From a virus, in IMG/VR virus record IMGVR_UViG_3300033145_001320, positions 17,768 through 81,767 of that record: a DNA stretch of 64,000 nucleotides; one strand, written 5' to 3'. How positions within the stretch are numbered: the stretch's first letter is position 1; each line of letters begins with the position of its first letter. A model generated the notes under the pieces. The model was not told the DNA's origin, made no database searches, and saw nothing but the letters and a program-made list of their open reading frames with translations. A program made the translations under genes and the position numbers. Positions 8,626 to 18,675 of the stretch are shown here, in pieces.

Positions 8626-10815
8626 CTATGTGAATGCTAAAATTTCATCTGCTTCTAAATGATTTTGATGCTGATGTGAAATGATATAAACTGAGTTACC
8701 AAATTTAATTTTCGATAATACTCTGGAAACATACTGGATGTTTTGTTCATCAAGCGCATCGAATATTTCATCAAACAGTAGAATGTTAAATGAAACATTT
8801 TGAATCCTTGATAATAAATCTCCTAGAGTTAAAATAATTGCTATATCAATAATACGTGTTTGTCCACCAGATAATTGAACTCTGGAATCTGCTCTAGTTT
8901 GTGTATCCAGAACATGTACAGAAATTTTATCTCTGAACTCTTTAGATTTTATTTCAGACAAAGTATCGAATGATACAACATATCGAGAATTGGTTAACAT
9001 ATCTAAATAGTAATCAACTCGTTCATTCATATATGGAATCGCTTCATCAATAAGCATTGAAGGAATCCCAGCTGATGAAAAACCTGTTTTCCAAAATTTT
9101 AACATTTCTATTGTCTTATCAATTGATATCATTGACGTTTTCAAGTCTGATATTTCTTTTGATAAGTCTATATCTTTTTTATAATAAGAGTTGAGCTGTG
9201 TTTCGTCATATTCAAGAGATTCTTGGTGACGAATTTGATCACCACATGATATAATAGCTCCTTCAAAATTACTAACATTAAGTTCAATTTTATGTAGCTC
9301 TTTTCTCAACTCTTCTTTTCTGCTTATTTCAAGATTTAATTGAAATTGTCTTTCCTGTAGTTCCTGTGTTTGGTCATTTGATTTTGATATGATTTTCTTT
9401 TCTTCAACTTTAACTAACTCAGAAACTTTTTCTTCTGCAACTTTAAATCTATAATCAATCTTTTCGTATTCTTCTTGCTCTTCCCGTTTGCATCTTCTTA
9501 TTTCTCGATCAACCATTGCAATCATTGTATTGTATTTTTCAGCTTCTTTCTTATATGCACCGCCGATTTTCTTTAATTCAATACCACATTCAGACTCTTC
9601 CTTCATAAGTTTTTTGAGATTTAATTTATATAATGCAACTTTCTGAAGCAATTTTTCTCTTGCAACATCTGTTACTTCTTGTTCACATGTTGGACATATT
9701 GAATTTTCTGTGTCCGATACATTTGATTCAAGCTCATATAAATTCTCTGTCATTAAATCAATGTCATGTATAGCATTTGATTGTTTCGTCTCAACCGTAT
9801 GAATTTGTTTCTGAAATCGTGTAGATGATTCATTAGCTTCTGTTACAAGACTATTTTTATTTTCATTCATTGATTCAAGATCTGCAGCTGTTATATTAGC
9901 AACTTCAACCTTACTTGCTGATGCAATCGCTTGAAGGTCTGATAACTTTGTTTTCTTCTGTTGATCTAATTGATCAATCATCTCTTTGAATTTTCTTGCT
10001 GAGTTTTTTAGACTATTATCAATGCCTAATAATTCTTTTTGTGGAGTTTCAATATCTATATCTTTATCGTCAAAAAGATCAAGTTCTTTTTTCCACTTGT
10101 CTAACATTCGTTCATTATCTTCTTTTTCTTTATTTTGGCGGAGAAGATCTTTTTCTTTTTTATCATGAAATTGTCTTTTAGAATTTTTAAGAATTTCAAT
10201 TTGTGACAATGCATCATCAAGAATACCTTGTTGAATTTTTACATCATTATTCAAAACTCCATGATCAGTTTCAGAAAGTTTTAATTTATAATCTGATTCT
10301 TTGTAATATAAAAGATAATGTCCAAGACCTATGATTTTTCTAAAGATTTCTTTTTTATCAGAATCGACTAAGTCTGTAAAGAAGTCTTTAACTTTTTGTC
10401 CAAACATTAAAGCATTCATAAACGCTTGCTTCGGGCAAATGAGTCTTTCAATATATGGCAATACTTCTCGATGACCTTTAAGTATATCAACTTTATTTTG
10501 ACTTACTATAACTGTATTTCCAAGTTTGGTATATTTATGGTATCGTGTTACTACATATTGCTCATCGTTAACTTTAAATTTTACCCAAGTTTTACAATTC
10601 TTTCCAACTTTATTATTAACCATATCATCGCCTTTTACACCTTTACTTGTCACTCCATAAAGAGTAAAAGGTATTGCCTCAATAGACAATGTTTTTCCGA
10701 TACCATTCGGACCTGTGATTAATGTTAGTTTGTCATTAACGAATGTCAACACCATCGGATCAATATAAGGTCCATAATTTTCCATCCCTACTTCTTGAAA
10801 GATTATGTTTTTCAT
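8626..10815 (-). CDS. Rad50/SbcC-like (T4 gp46-like) SMC ATPase
   Basis: Walker A GPNGIGKT, coiled coil with CPTC zinc hook, LSGGQ signature, LLFDEIFDALD, ISH. Confidence 0.95.
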   Translation of the reverse strand: MKNIIFQEVGMENYGPYIDPMVLTFVNDKLTLITGPNGIGKTLSIEAIPFTLYGVTSKGVKGDDMVNNKVGKNCKTWVKFKVNDEQYVVTRYHKYTKLGNTVIVSQNKVDILKGHREVLPYIERLICPKQAFMNALMFGQKVKDFFTDLVDSDKKEIFRKIIGLGHYLLYYKESDYKLKLSETDHGVLNNDVKIQQGILDDALSQIEILKNSKRQFHDKKEKDLLRQNKEKEDNERMLDKWKKELDLFDDKDIDIETPQKELLGIDNSLKNSARKFKEMIDQLDQQKKTKLSDLQAIASASKVEVANITAADLESMNENKNSLVTEANESSTRFQKQIHTVETKQSNAIHDIDLMTENLYELESNVSDTENSICPTCEQEVTDVAREKLLQKVALYKLNLKKLMKEESECGIELKKIGGAYKKEAEKYNTMIAMVDREIRRCKREEQEEYEKIDYRFKVAEEKVSELVKVEEKKIISKSNDQTQELQERQFQLNLEISRKEELRKELHKIELNVSNFEGAIISCGDQIRHQESLEYDETQLNSYYKKDIDLSKEISDLKTSMISIDKTIEMLKFWKTGFSSAGIPSMLIDEAIPYMNERVDYYLDMLTNSRYVVSFDTLSEIKSKEFRDKISVHVLDTQTRADSRVQLSGGQTRIIDIAIILTLGDLLSRIQNVSFNILLFDEIFDALDEQNIQYVSRVLSKIKFGNSVYIISHQHQNHLEADEILAFT

Positions 10816-11840
10816 AGTTCATCTCCCTTCCTTATAATTTCCATAGCAACATTCATATATAACTCATGTTGATCTTCAGGAATTTCTTTTATCTCCAAAT
10901 ATTTTTTCAACTTATCTTCAGTTGACATATTACTTGTTATTCCACGATCAGTAATATCTCTATCCCTCTTATCAATAATATTAAATTCACCTTTTAGTTC
11001 AGATACGTCAACTGTTTCTGTCATGAGTACTTTTACATGATCGCCAGCTGCTCTAGCATCAAATGCTGCCTTGATAGCTTCATCTCTATTATCTGGAGCA
11101 ATTTCAATTTGAATATGTTTTTTATAACTTGAAATTGGGATACTATCAACTTTTAATGTATCAGTGTCAACAACCAAGAAACGTTTAAATTCATTTTTTT
11201 CACCCCAGTCCAATTGAATCAAAGACCCAACATAATATAAGGTAATTCCGTCACCTCTAAGCTCCTGTGGTTTATGATAATGTCCCAATAATACCAACTC
11301 GTACTTTCCTATCAAATCTCTCATTGATACATCTGAAACAATACTCATACCTGAATTTAATACGCCTTCACTTAAACCAAAATGTGATATAAGGATTCTT
11401 GCCTTATTATCTTTAATTATTTGTGGAAGGTCTTTAGAATAAGGAACAAACAGAATGTCTTCATTATCCATTCTATATGTTTCTGAAAATTTAACCCATT
11501 TAACATTTGGAATGTTCTTTAAAGATTTTAAAGCTGATACGACTTCAACTCCCTTTCCAGATACATCGTGATTCCCATCTAATACGATGAAATGTATATC
11601 GGTGAAATCTTCGAAGAAGTCAATCATAATATCTTGAGCGATTGCATAAATAATGGATTTTCCATGAAGTGTATCGCCACCGACTATCGCTGTGGTTATT
11701 TCATGTGCTCTACAATATTCTCCTACTTCATACAATGCATTTTTTATACTATGTAATCGCTCAGGTAAATGACTTGTGTCTTCAATTTTATCTTGACCGT
11801 ATTTTGATAAATGAATATCAGCAAAATAGGCAAATTTCAT
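10812..11840 (-). CDS. Mre11/SbcD-like (T4 gp47-like) metallophosphoesterase nuclease
   Basis: ADIH, GGD, GNHD, SH, GHYH, YVGS motifs; adjacent to Rad50. Confidence 0.95.
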   Translation of the reverse strand: MKFAYFADIHLSKYGQDKIEDTSHLPERLHSIKNALYEVGEYCRAHEITTAIVGGDTLHGKSIIYAIAQDIMIDFFEDFTDIHFIVLDGNHDVSGKGVEVVSALKSLKNIPNVKWVKFSETYRMDNEDILFVPYSKDLPQIIKDNKARILISHFGLSEGVLNSGMSIVSDVSMRDLIGKYELVLLGHYHKPQELRGDGITLYYVGSLIQLDWGEKNEFKRFLVVDTDTLKVDSIPISSYKKHIQIEIAPDNRDEAIKAAFDARAAGDHVKVLMTETVDVSELKGEFNIIDKRDRDITDRGITSNMSTEDKLKKYLEIKEIPEDQHELYMNVAMEIIRKGDEL

Positions 11841-12061
11841 AGTCTGTTTTCCTCTTTATCAATCTCAGTTTTTGTTTCGATGGGAGTCGGGTTCTGTTCT
11901 TGTTCTTGTGTGATAAGTTCAACCTGTTTGTTTAATTCTCGCCGATTTAAAAAATTTTGTATTTGCGGAATGGCAATAGCACATATAATTCCCATTATTG
12001 CAATCACGATCATAAGTTCTATAAGAGTAAATGCCTTACTATTTTTTATTCTCTTTATCAT
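11837..12061 (-). CDS. Short type IV pilin-like protein (prepilin cleavage/methylation motif)
   Basis: Basic leader, then KAFTLIELMIVIAIMGIICAIAIPQ. Confidence 0.85.
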   Translation of the reverse strand: MIKRIKNSKAFTLIELMIVIAIMGIICAIAIPQIQNFLNRRELNKQVELITQEQEQNPTPIETKTEIDKEENRL

Positions 12062-12482
12062 TTTCCACCTTTATCAAATCTGTTAAGATAGTGTTATTAA
12101 TAAGTATTTCAGAAACCTTTTCCTCTTTTATTCCGAGAATAATATCCTCTCCATCACCTGGCATATCTGCGGAATTAAGAAACAATCCAGCTCCATCTAA
12201 AGCAGTTTGTATAACTGCCCATACTTTTCTATCAACTCCATCTCCGTATGAGTTACTGTAAATGCTATCTCCTGCTTTCAATGATTCAATAGAGTCATCA
12301 ATTTCTTTTCTCATATCTTTAACTGTTGGAAATTCTTCTTCTTCATCGTCCGGTTCCCACCAAGTCATTTCAGCATCTATTCCTTCTTGTATCATTTCAT
12401 CTGTAATGATAAATGAACTTGGAATAAAGACAATATAACATACTGATGAACTGTTTGTTACAAAATCAAATTTAAATTTCAT
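12039..12482 (-). CDS. DFxxNSSS-motif protein (paralogue 2)
   Basis: MKFKFDFVTNSSSVCYI; start set by analogy with the paralogues. Confidence 0.75.
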   Translation of the reverse strand: MKFKFDFVTNSSSVCYIVFIPSSFIITDEMIQEGIDAEMTWWEPDDEEEEFPTVKDMRKEIDDSIESLKAGDSIYSNSYGDGVDRKVWAVIQTALDGAGLFLNSADMPGDGEDIILGIKEEKVSEILINNTILTDLIKVENDKENKK

Positions 12483-12487
12483 CACTA

Positions 12488-12754
12488 TCACCCATCATCT
12501 TTTATATGATCATCTTCAACACCGATCATTTCTAAAAACCAGTACATATCAAAATTATCCATTGTTGTACTACCACTGATTTCTGTTTCTGTTTCTGATA
12601 TTCTCCACGGTTGCTCATAGATACTTGCACCAAACATTTTAGATGCCTGAATATGATTCCGAATAAGATTTATTTGAAGTTCTGTTAAATTTTCCTTTAA
12701 GATTATAAAACTAGAACTTGAGCTATTAGTTACAAAGTCAATTTTTGCTTTCAT
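12488..12754 (-). CDS. DFxxNSSS-motif protein (paralogue 3)
   Basis: MKAKIDFVTNSSSSSFI. Confidence 0.75.
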   Translation of the reverse strand: MKAKIDFVTNSSSSSFIILKENLTELQINLIRNHIQASKMFGASIYEQPWRISETETEISGSTTMDNFDMYWFLEMIGVEDDHIKDDG

Positions 12755-12759
12755 AATAT

Positions 12760-13110
12760 TTACCTCAGGTATTCACAAAACCTCCAATTGAAATTTTTTG
12801 ATGAACCCCCGTCCCTTAATATATAATCAAATACATTCCCAACAATAGTTCCATCCTCATCACCAAACACACAATACGTTGCTTTGCCTGCTTCGAAAAC
12901 TTCATCCCTATATTTTTCCGCTGACTCAATTAGTTTTTCTTGTGTGTAGTTTGAATTATCTTTATACCAATCGTATGTTCTTAAAAATTCATCAATCAAC
13001 TGAGGATTTTCTTTTACGAAATCAGCTATAGTCAATTCATGGTCACTTAAGTTTGTGATAATGAATGCTGTTGATGAACTGTTTGTTACGAAATCCCCTT
13101 TAAATTTCAT
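12760..13110 (-). CDS. DFxxNSSS-motif protein (paralogue 4)
   Basis: MKFKGDFVTNSSSTAFI. Confidence 0.75.
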   Translation of the reverse strand: MKFKGDFVTNSSSTAFIITNLSDHELTIADFVKENPQLIDEFLRTYDWYKDNSNYTQEKLIESAEKYRDEVFEAGKATYCVFGDEDGTIVGNVFDYILRDGGSSKNFNWRFCEYLR

Positions 13111-13118
13111 ATTATCTC

Positions 13119-13496
13119 CTATGGTCCGTCATAAAATTTATATTCAATATCTGATCCTGAAAAGAATTGGCTTATTGGTTCAGCAGTATCTTCCCAATAA
13201 AAGTGTACAGATTCCCCTCTAAGTAAGCCACTAACTATTGCTTTATATTCTTCTTCTGATAAATCTTTTAATTTCCCCTCTTTGTCCACATATTCTCTCC
13301 ACGGAGAGTCTGAATTTTCTATTTTTTCATATCTTTCTATAAATGTGTTAATATCCTCAAATGTAATGCTAACATTATCCATAAAATCAATAGTAGTTGT
13401 AACCTCCATAACTTTTCTATCAGGGACATCTCTTGAATCGAATACAATATAATTTGCTGAACTACTGTTAGTTATAAAATCAAGCTTGACTTTCAT
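13119..13496 (-). CDS. DFxxNSSS-motif protein (paralogue 5)
   Basis: MKVKLDFITNSSSANYI. Confidence 0.75.
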   Translation of the reverse strand: MKVKLDFITNSSSANYIVFDSRDVPDRKVMEVTTTIDFMDNVSITFEDINTFIERYEKIENSDSPWREYVDKEGKLKDLSEEEYKAIVSGLLRGESVHFYWEDTAEPISQFFSGSDIEYKFYDGP

Positions 13497-13497
13497 C

Positions 13498-14898
13498 TTA
13501 TCTTCCTTCTAAAATATCCAATGCAATTTGTTTATCTATTTTTTTCATTTGATTGTTTGTAAATAATATGTATTGGACATTCCATTGTTTGCTTTCATAA
13601 AAGTTTAATCGAGTATGTAAAGTCTTAGCTATTTCAGGACACCCATAATCAACCATATCAATTATTGCAGGAGTTAGTTTGTTTGGATATGTTCTCACAA
13701 CACGACCGCTTAACTGCTCAATGTTAGAGATTGGAGACGTCATTATAATTGCATCCTTCCACGGAGCATCAATCCCATCTCTACATTTTCCAGGTGTTGC
13801 AAATGTAAACCGTTTATTTAATTCAGCTAATGATGCTGATTTATAAAATTTTGATTTACTGTCAAATGGTAACCAATCATAAAGTTCATCAATCTGTTTT
13901 GTTCTTTCAAGTATCATAATTGTATTACGATCTGTTTTGAGTTTATTCATTAAACTCTTTGCCACTGTATCAAACGGTTTTGATTTCTTTATCATATTTA
14001 AATATCTTGCTCTTTGAAATTGACCGCCCCATCGAATGTATTTACTTCTTCCGGCCGAATCAATTAAATAATCAAGCATAACTACTGTAACATTTGCTGG
14101 CATTGTTCCCTCTGTATCATCGTCTTCGAATATATCACCAAGATGAAATTCAATAATATCTCCATTTCCATCATACCTATATGGAGTTGCACTTAATCCA
14201 TATACATATCTTGATGGCATGTGTATTGAACATTCCGAAAATGTTGGAGCTCCGACTGATGTATGAACTTCATCAGCGACAAATACTCCAATGTTTGCTT
14301 CATTCAATGCTATTAAAAATTCTTCTCGTTTTCTTTTTAATAATGACATGAACGTCTGTGTGGTCGCAATAATTATAGGATTTTCTAAATCCTTTTGAAA
14401 CGATGCAGATTTTAATCTAGAGATATCATCATATGATATATTTGTAAAGTCCATGAATCTTTGTCGCCATTGTTCTGCAAGACTATCCCGATGAACAAGG
14501 ATTAAACTTTTCTTTTTTCTTGTACCGATCATATAAATTGTTATAACAGTTTTTCCTACACCAGGTGATAATTGTAAAATACCTGATTCGTTTTCTAACA
14601 TGTATTGGATTGCTGCTTTTTGAGTTTGACTTCTCGGAGTAATGATATGTTCAATATCTATATCCTCTCCATCGTGTGTATAATCATCAACCTCATAATT
14701 AAAAGTATATTGTTGAAGTGGAAAGTTTCTTGGTATTAAAAGATACTTTTCCGATTCAATATAAAATGTATTAATAATGAATGATGATCTATTATACTCT
14801 TGAACCCTGCGCTGTAGGAACTCCCTGATTTTTATATAAAAATCTTCATACTGATATTTCTTTGGGATTAGCAATCCGGAGCGCTTTATAATTTTCAT
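13498..14898 (-). CDS. Superfamily 2 helicase (UvsW/ResIII-like)
   Basis: PGVGKT, DEVH, GLSATP, GID, QLSGRVVR motifs. Confidence 0.9.
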   Translation of the reverse strand: MKIIKRSGLLIPKKYQYEDFYIKIREFLQRRVQEYNRSSFIINTFYIESEKYLLIPRNFPLQQYTFNYEVDDYTHDGEDIDIEHIITPRSQTQKAAIQYMLENESGILQLSPGVGKTVITIYMIGTRKKKSLILVHRDSLAEQWRQRFMDFTNISYDDISRLKSASFQKDLENPIIIATTQTFMSLLKRKREEFLIALNEANIGVFVADEVHTSVGAPTFSECSIHMPSRYVYGLSATPYRYDGNGDIIEFHLGDIFEDDDTEGTMPANVTVVMLDYLIDSAGRSKYIRWGGQFQRARYLNMIKKSKPFDTVAKSLMNKLKTDRNTIMILERTKQIDELYDWLPFDSKSKFYKSASLAELNKRFTFATPGKCRDGIDAPWKDAIIMTSPISNIEQLSGRVVRTYPNKLTPAIIDMVDYGCPEIAKTLHTRLNFYESKQWNVQYILFTNNQMKKIDKQIALDILEGR

Positions 14899-15315
14899 TT
14901 ATTCTGTATAGGTTGCCTGTGAAGTATCTGTTTCATAAACTGTTATGTAATCCATCTGAACGGGTGATTTTAATTTTCTTTCAACGTGTACATAGATATC
15001 TTTTGCCATATTTTCTGCTGTTGGATCATAAGGTGAAGATACTATTTTTAAATCTGGCAACACATCAATTAACTTTTCAATCATTGGTTTATCAAGAGCA
15101 TTAATCATAAGAGCATGGTCAAACTTAATTATCATTTCATTTACAATATACTTCAGTTCTCCAAAATCCATAATCATGCCCGCATCATTTAGATGTTCGC
15201 TCTTTATTCCAACAATTACTTTATAATTATGACCATGGAAATTTTTACATAATCCTTTATGCCAACGAAGTCTGTGCCCCATTGCGAAGCTAAACTCTTT
15301 TGATATTTTATACAT
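14899..15315 (-). CDS. queD: 6-carboxy-5,6,7,8-tetrahydropterin synthase
   Basis: GHRL..H.GLCKNFHGHNY, MDFGELK, FDHALMIN, PTAENMA, VYET. Confidence 0.92.
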   Translation of the reverse strand: MYKISKEFSFAMGHRLRWHKGLCKNFHGHNYKVIVGIKSEHLNDAGMIMDFGELKYIVNEMIIKFDHALMINALDKPMIEKLIDVLPDLKIVSSPYDPTAENMAKDIYVHVERKLKSPVQMDYITVYETDTSQATYTE

Positions 15316-15325
15316 ATAGTCCTCC

Positions 15326-15673
15326 TTAAAATTTTGTATTTATAGTGTATCTCCACCGATCATCTATGGGTTCTTGTTGAATACTAACAGTAATTATTTG
15401 ATCTAATTTCATTCCTTCCTCTCTGATCAAATGCATTAGTCTGTGAATATTTTCATGAGAAATATGATATTGTAATGATCTCTTCTCATCTGCACGTTTC
15501 CCCATAGCATGATCAATCCAATCTTGACCGCCATTTCCATTACATTTTGGGCATATTTCCATAATCGTTCCTGGATGTTCCTTAGATGGAACAATTCTTC
15601 TTCCTCTACATTCTTTACATTCAATAATTCCTTTATCATTAAAATGCATTGTATTGCTCCAAAACATATTCAT
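15326..15673 (-). CDS. Hypothetical protein with DnaJ-type CxxCxG zinc motifs
   Basis: CKECRG...CPKCNGNG. Confidence 0.6.
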   Translation of the reverse strand: MNMFWSNTMHFNDKGIIECKECRGRRIVPSKEHPGTIMEICPKCNGNGGQDWIDHAMGKRADEKRSLQYHISHENIHRLMHLIREEGMKLDQIITVSIQQEPIDDRWRYTINTKF

Positions 15674-16937
15674 TTAAATTAGCAAGATGATGTTGTAATT
15701 CTTTCTTTGATTTATTTAATTCAGATGTATCTGTATCAAGAGTTAAAAGTTTTCTAATTTTATATTTATTCATCAATCCTTTTGATACCTCTTGTAGCAC
15801 GCCTGTCTTGGTTTCTATTTCAGCAAGGGTTTCATCTGTGCTCATCTTCTTTCCAATACACCTTGAAAGTACTGGTCTTATTTTTGCAAGGGTTTGATAT
15901 TCTATAATCATGTTATTAACATTTTCGATTTCATGAGTAAGCATACTTTCATTTGCTTGTTTGAATGATTCGAATGTATCTAATAACATTTGGTCAACTG
16001 ATTTGGTTAAGACAATACTGTCTCTATCAACAACAATTAATTCAAATGAAATAAACCCTTTATTGACTTCATATAACTTTTCAAGAAATTGTTCAAATAT
16101 TCTATCTCGATTTCTTTCACGGATAACTTGAAAAACTATATTTGTTTCTTCAACTGATAAATCTGTAAATCCAATCATTCCATCGTTTAGTTCTTTATCG
16201 AACTTATTTAGAAATGTTTGGAATCTTTTACCTGGAGGCCATGCTTTAATAGAAGCTGTGTTATTTCTTTTGTTTATTTCTACAACCCCTTCAACTTCTA
16301 TTCTTGCTTTGCCTGTTGTCAATAATTTTTCTAATTGTTTTTTATCATCAATAATATTACAATCTGATATTGGAACAATTGTTGGTTTTCTTTTTCGTAT
16401 TCCAAGTAACCATAACAATCTCTGATATAAATCCTTTACATGATAACATGGTATATATGTTTTAAACCCAAAACCAATACCTTGTGTATAGTCTGTACCC
16501 ATTAAACATATTGGAAACATTGTTGGCAAATATATTGGCTCTGTATCGCCTAATTCACTTTCAATCCAAGGAACATGCTTGACATATTTAAATGCCATAT
16601 CAAGAGTTTTCGGATGCATTTTACATTCTGTATATCTTGGAGCCGCCGGTCCTACAGGTTCGACTCCAACATTTGTTCCGAAGTTTCCTTGACCGATTAA
16701 AAATCCTTGACGAACCAATTGCACTACGGTCCCATAACATTCTCCATGAGGATGATAATGACCAATAGTATAAGCATCAATCTGTCTTGATTTTACAAGT
16801 TTCTCTCTTCCAATTTTATATGCTGAAAGTAATACTCTTCTCTCAACCGGTTTTAATCCATCAATATCTAATGGAAAATTCCTATAGTTGGAGTATTTTC
16901 CATAATCCTTGTAAAGAAGAGGTAAAAGTTTATCCAT
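15639..16937 (-). CDS. Type IIA topoisomerase, GyrA/ParC-like subunit (short, no C-terminal domain)
   Basis: DGLKPVERR, YHPHG, GQGNFG, AAPRYTE (catalytic Tyr). Confidence 0.92.
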   Translation of the reverse strand: MDKLLPLLYKDYGKYSNYRNFPLDIDGLKPVERRVLLSAYKIGREKLVKSRQIDAYTIGHYHPHGECYGTVVQLVRQGFLIGQGNFGTNVGVEPVGPAAPRYTECKMHPKTLDMAFKYVKHVPWIESELGDTEPIYLPTMFPICLMGTDYTQGIGFGFKTYIPCYHVKDLYQRLLWLLGIRKRKPTIVPISDCNIIDDKKQLEKLLTTGKARIEVEGVVEINKRNNTASIKAWPPGKRFQTFLNKFDKELNDGMIGFTDLSVEETNIVFQVIRERNRDRIFEQFLEKLYEVNKGFISFELIVVDRDSIVLTKSVDQMLLDTFESFKQANESMLTHEIENVNNMIIEYQTLAKIRPVLSRCIGKKMSTDETLAEIETKTGVLQEVSKGLMNKYKIRKLLTLDTDTSELNKSKKELQHHLANLNEYVLEQYNAF

Positions 16938-17838
16938 TTTGGTTATCCTTTTTACAAATTATTTGAGATAAATTCCATGCATCACATTCTGTTCCTGTTT
17001 TATGTCCAATTTCATAATGACATTTTTCACATAAAACTATTCCATTAGTTGGGTCTAAAGCTAACATTGGTTCTACTTTAACTGGTTGAATATGATGGCA
17101 ATGTAAATTTTCTTTTGATGCACATTTTTGACAAGTATAATTATCTTGTTCTAAAACTACTTGTCTCCAAATTTGATATTCTTGTTCTGTAAATGGAGAT
17201 TTAAATTCTTCTTTAAATGGATCATCTCTTAATTTATATAAAATACATGAATCTTTGCATTTATTAGAACAATAGAAATATGAACCATCATTACCATATT
17301 CTTTTTCTAATTGTCTTATTCGTTCATAAAACTGTGTTTTTGTAGGTGTAAACCATCCACCTTTTTCTTTTGAATTTGGACAATCATGATTTTTACAATG
17401 TACTTGTATTTCTTTTTCTTCCTGTTTATCAGGATTATATCTCATTTCTTCTTCTTTAGCAAATATTAAATATTGTTTTTTTAATTTTTTTATAGTTAAA
17501 AAGCTATGATTATTTTTTCCCAATTTAGCTTTTCGTCTAATTTCTTTTAGTAATATAGCTTTGTCTTCTCCATAAATTTCTTCATATGTTTTATTATTTC
17601 TAATTAACCTCATTTTATTTTTTGTTTCTTTAGTAATAATCTGCCCAAGATGTGAATTTCTCATTTTTTCTTTGGTTTTATCAGAATGCTTTTTATCCAA
17701 ATGCCCTTTTCTATCTTTTTCTTTATTTATAGGGCATTGACTTGTATATTTACTACAACAAAATTTGCCATTTTTAAATTGGTATTTGGCTTGTTGCCCA
17801 CACCCATAATCACATAGGTTCATTACTTGTATAACCAT
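16930..17838 (-). CDS. HNH homing endonuclease with NUMOD3-like repeats
   Basis: HSDKTKEKMR..H; DNYTCQKC...LHCHHI...NGIVLCEKCH. Confidence 0.85.
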   Translation of the reverse strand: MVIQVMNLCDYGCGQQAKYQFKNGKFCCSKYTSQCPINKEKDRKGHLDKKHSDKTKEKMRNSHLGQIITKETKNKMRLIRNNKTYEEIYGEDKAILLKEIRRKAKLGKNNHSFLTIKKLKKQYLIFAKEEEMRYNPDKQEEKEIQVHCKNHDCPNSKEKGGWFTPTKTQFYERIRQLEKEYGNDGSYFYCSNKCKDSCILYKLRDDPFKEEFKSPFTEQEYQIWRQVVLEQDNYTCQKCASKENLHCHHIQPVKVEPMLALDPTNGIVLCEKCHYEIGHKTGTECDAWNLSQIICKKDNQNG

Positions 17839-18256
17839 ACTCCCGCAATAACTCCTCTGTTTTCATTAGTTGATCGGGTAGCATAGTTGGAAAATTTGGA
17901 GTTCCGTATAATTCTATACTTTCCATTATACTATATCCTTGTAAAATTTTGAGTGGGTCGGTTACATAGTCTACACCTGATTGATACATTACAACTTTTT
18001 CTCTTGCAGTATCAAACATATATGTATAGTCTGTTATGCGACTGTCTGCCCAAGGATGATCCCATTTATCTCCTCGGTCTGCAATAACACTATCACTTTT
18101 TTTCAAGAAATCCAGAGTCAATTCTTCAAACATAGTTTGATTGACTTGGATTAGAATATTTAGTGGTATGTGACAAACATCTCCATCCTTAAAAATGCTT
18201 CCCAACCATTCCATATCATTTCCAGTTCCTACATAAAAATCTGCTTTAGTTCCCAT
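17810..18256 (-). CDS. Hypothetical protein
   Basis: 148-aa ORF with AGGAG RBS. Confidence 0.7.
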   Translation of the reverse strand: MGTKADFYVGTGNDMEWLGSIFKDGDVCHIPLNILIQVNQTMFEELTLDFLKKSDSVIADRGDKWDHPWADSRITDYTYMFDTAREKVVMYQSGVDYVTDPLKILQGYSIMESIELYGTPNFPTMLPDQLMKTEELLREYGYTSNEPM

Positions 18257-18269
18257 AACAGCTCCTTAA

Positions 18270-18518
18270 TTAAACATCTCCGTTTTCTGTTATCTTTTTA
18301 TTTTCGTATGGAGCCAACAATCTGCGCCTTATTTCTTCGCCTGCTTCGTTAAGTTCTCCGAGAAAGTTTTTGTAATTCCCATATCCGGGTTCAACATGAT
18401 ATTTAGCAAACTTATAGAGTATATAATTCAAATCTCCATTCGCTTCAACACCAGCATCGAACATGGCCCGTACTACTTGGTCCATTGCTAAACGTTTACC
18501 TTCTTTAATGTATGGCAT
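18270..18518 (-). CDS. Conserved small phage protein (DUF6899-like)
   Basis: MPYIK...GDLNY...GEL...EIRRRLLAPYENKKITENGDV pattern, family recalled from memory. Confidence 0.6.
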   Translation of the reverse strand: MPYIKEGKRLAMDQVVRAMFDAGVEANGDLNYILYKFAKYHVEPGYGNYKNFLGELNEAGEEIRRRLLAPYENKKITENGDV

Positions 18519-18522
18519 ATTA

Positions 18523-18675
18523 TCACCTTTTCAATTTGCATCGTAATGCTTTTTTACCTTTTGCAGCATACATAATTTTTGGGGTTTGTCCCCAGTTACA
18601 TACAAAATTTGTATTGTTATCTACTTTGCATAGTTTACAATTAACACAATCAATCGTAAGGGCTTTGTTTCTCAT
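18523..18675 (-). CDS. Small Cys-rich protein, 50 aa (not in ORF track)
   Basis: MRNKALTIDCVNCKLCKVDNNTNFVCNWGQTPK...RCKLKR; fills the intergenic gap. Confidence 0.55.
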   Translation of the reverse strand: MRNKALTIDCVNCKLCKVDNNTNFVCNWGQTPKIMYAAKGKKALRCKLKR

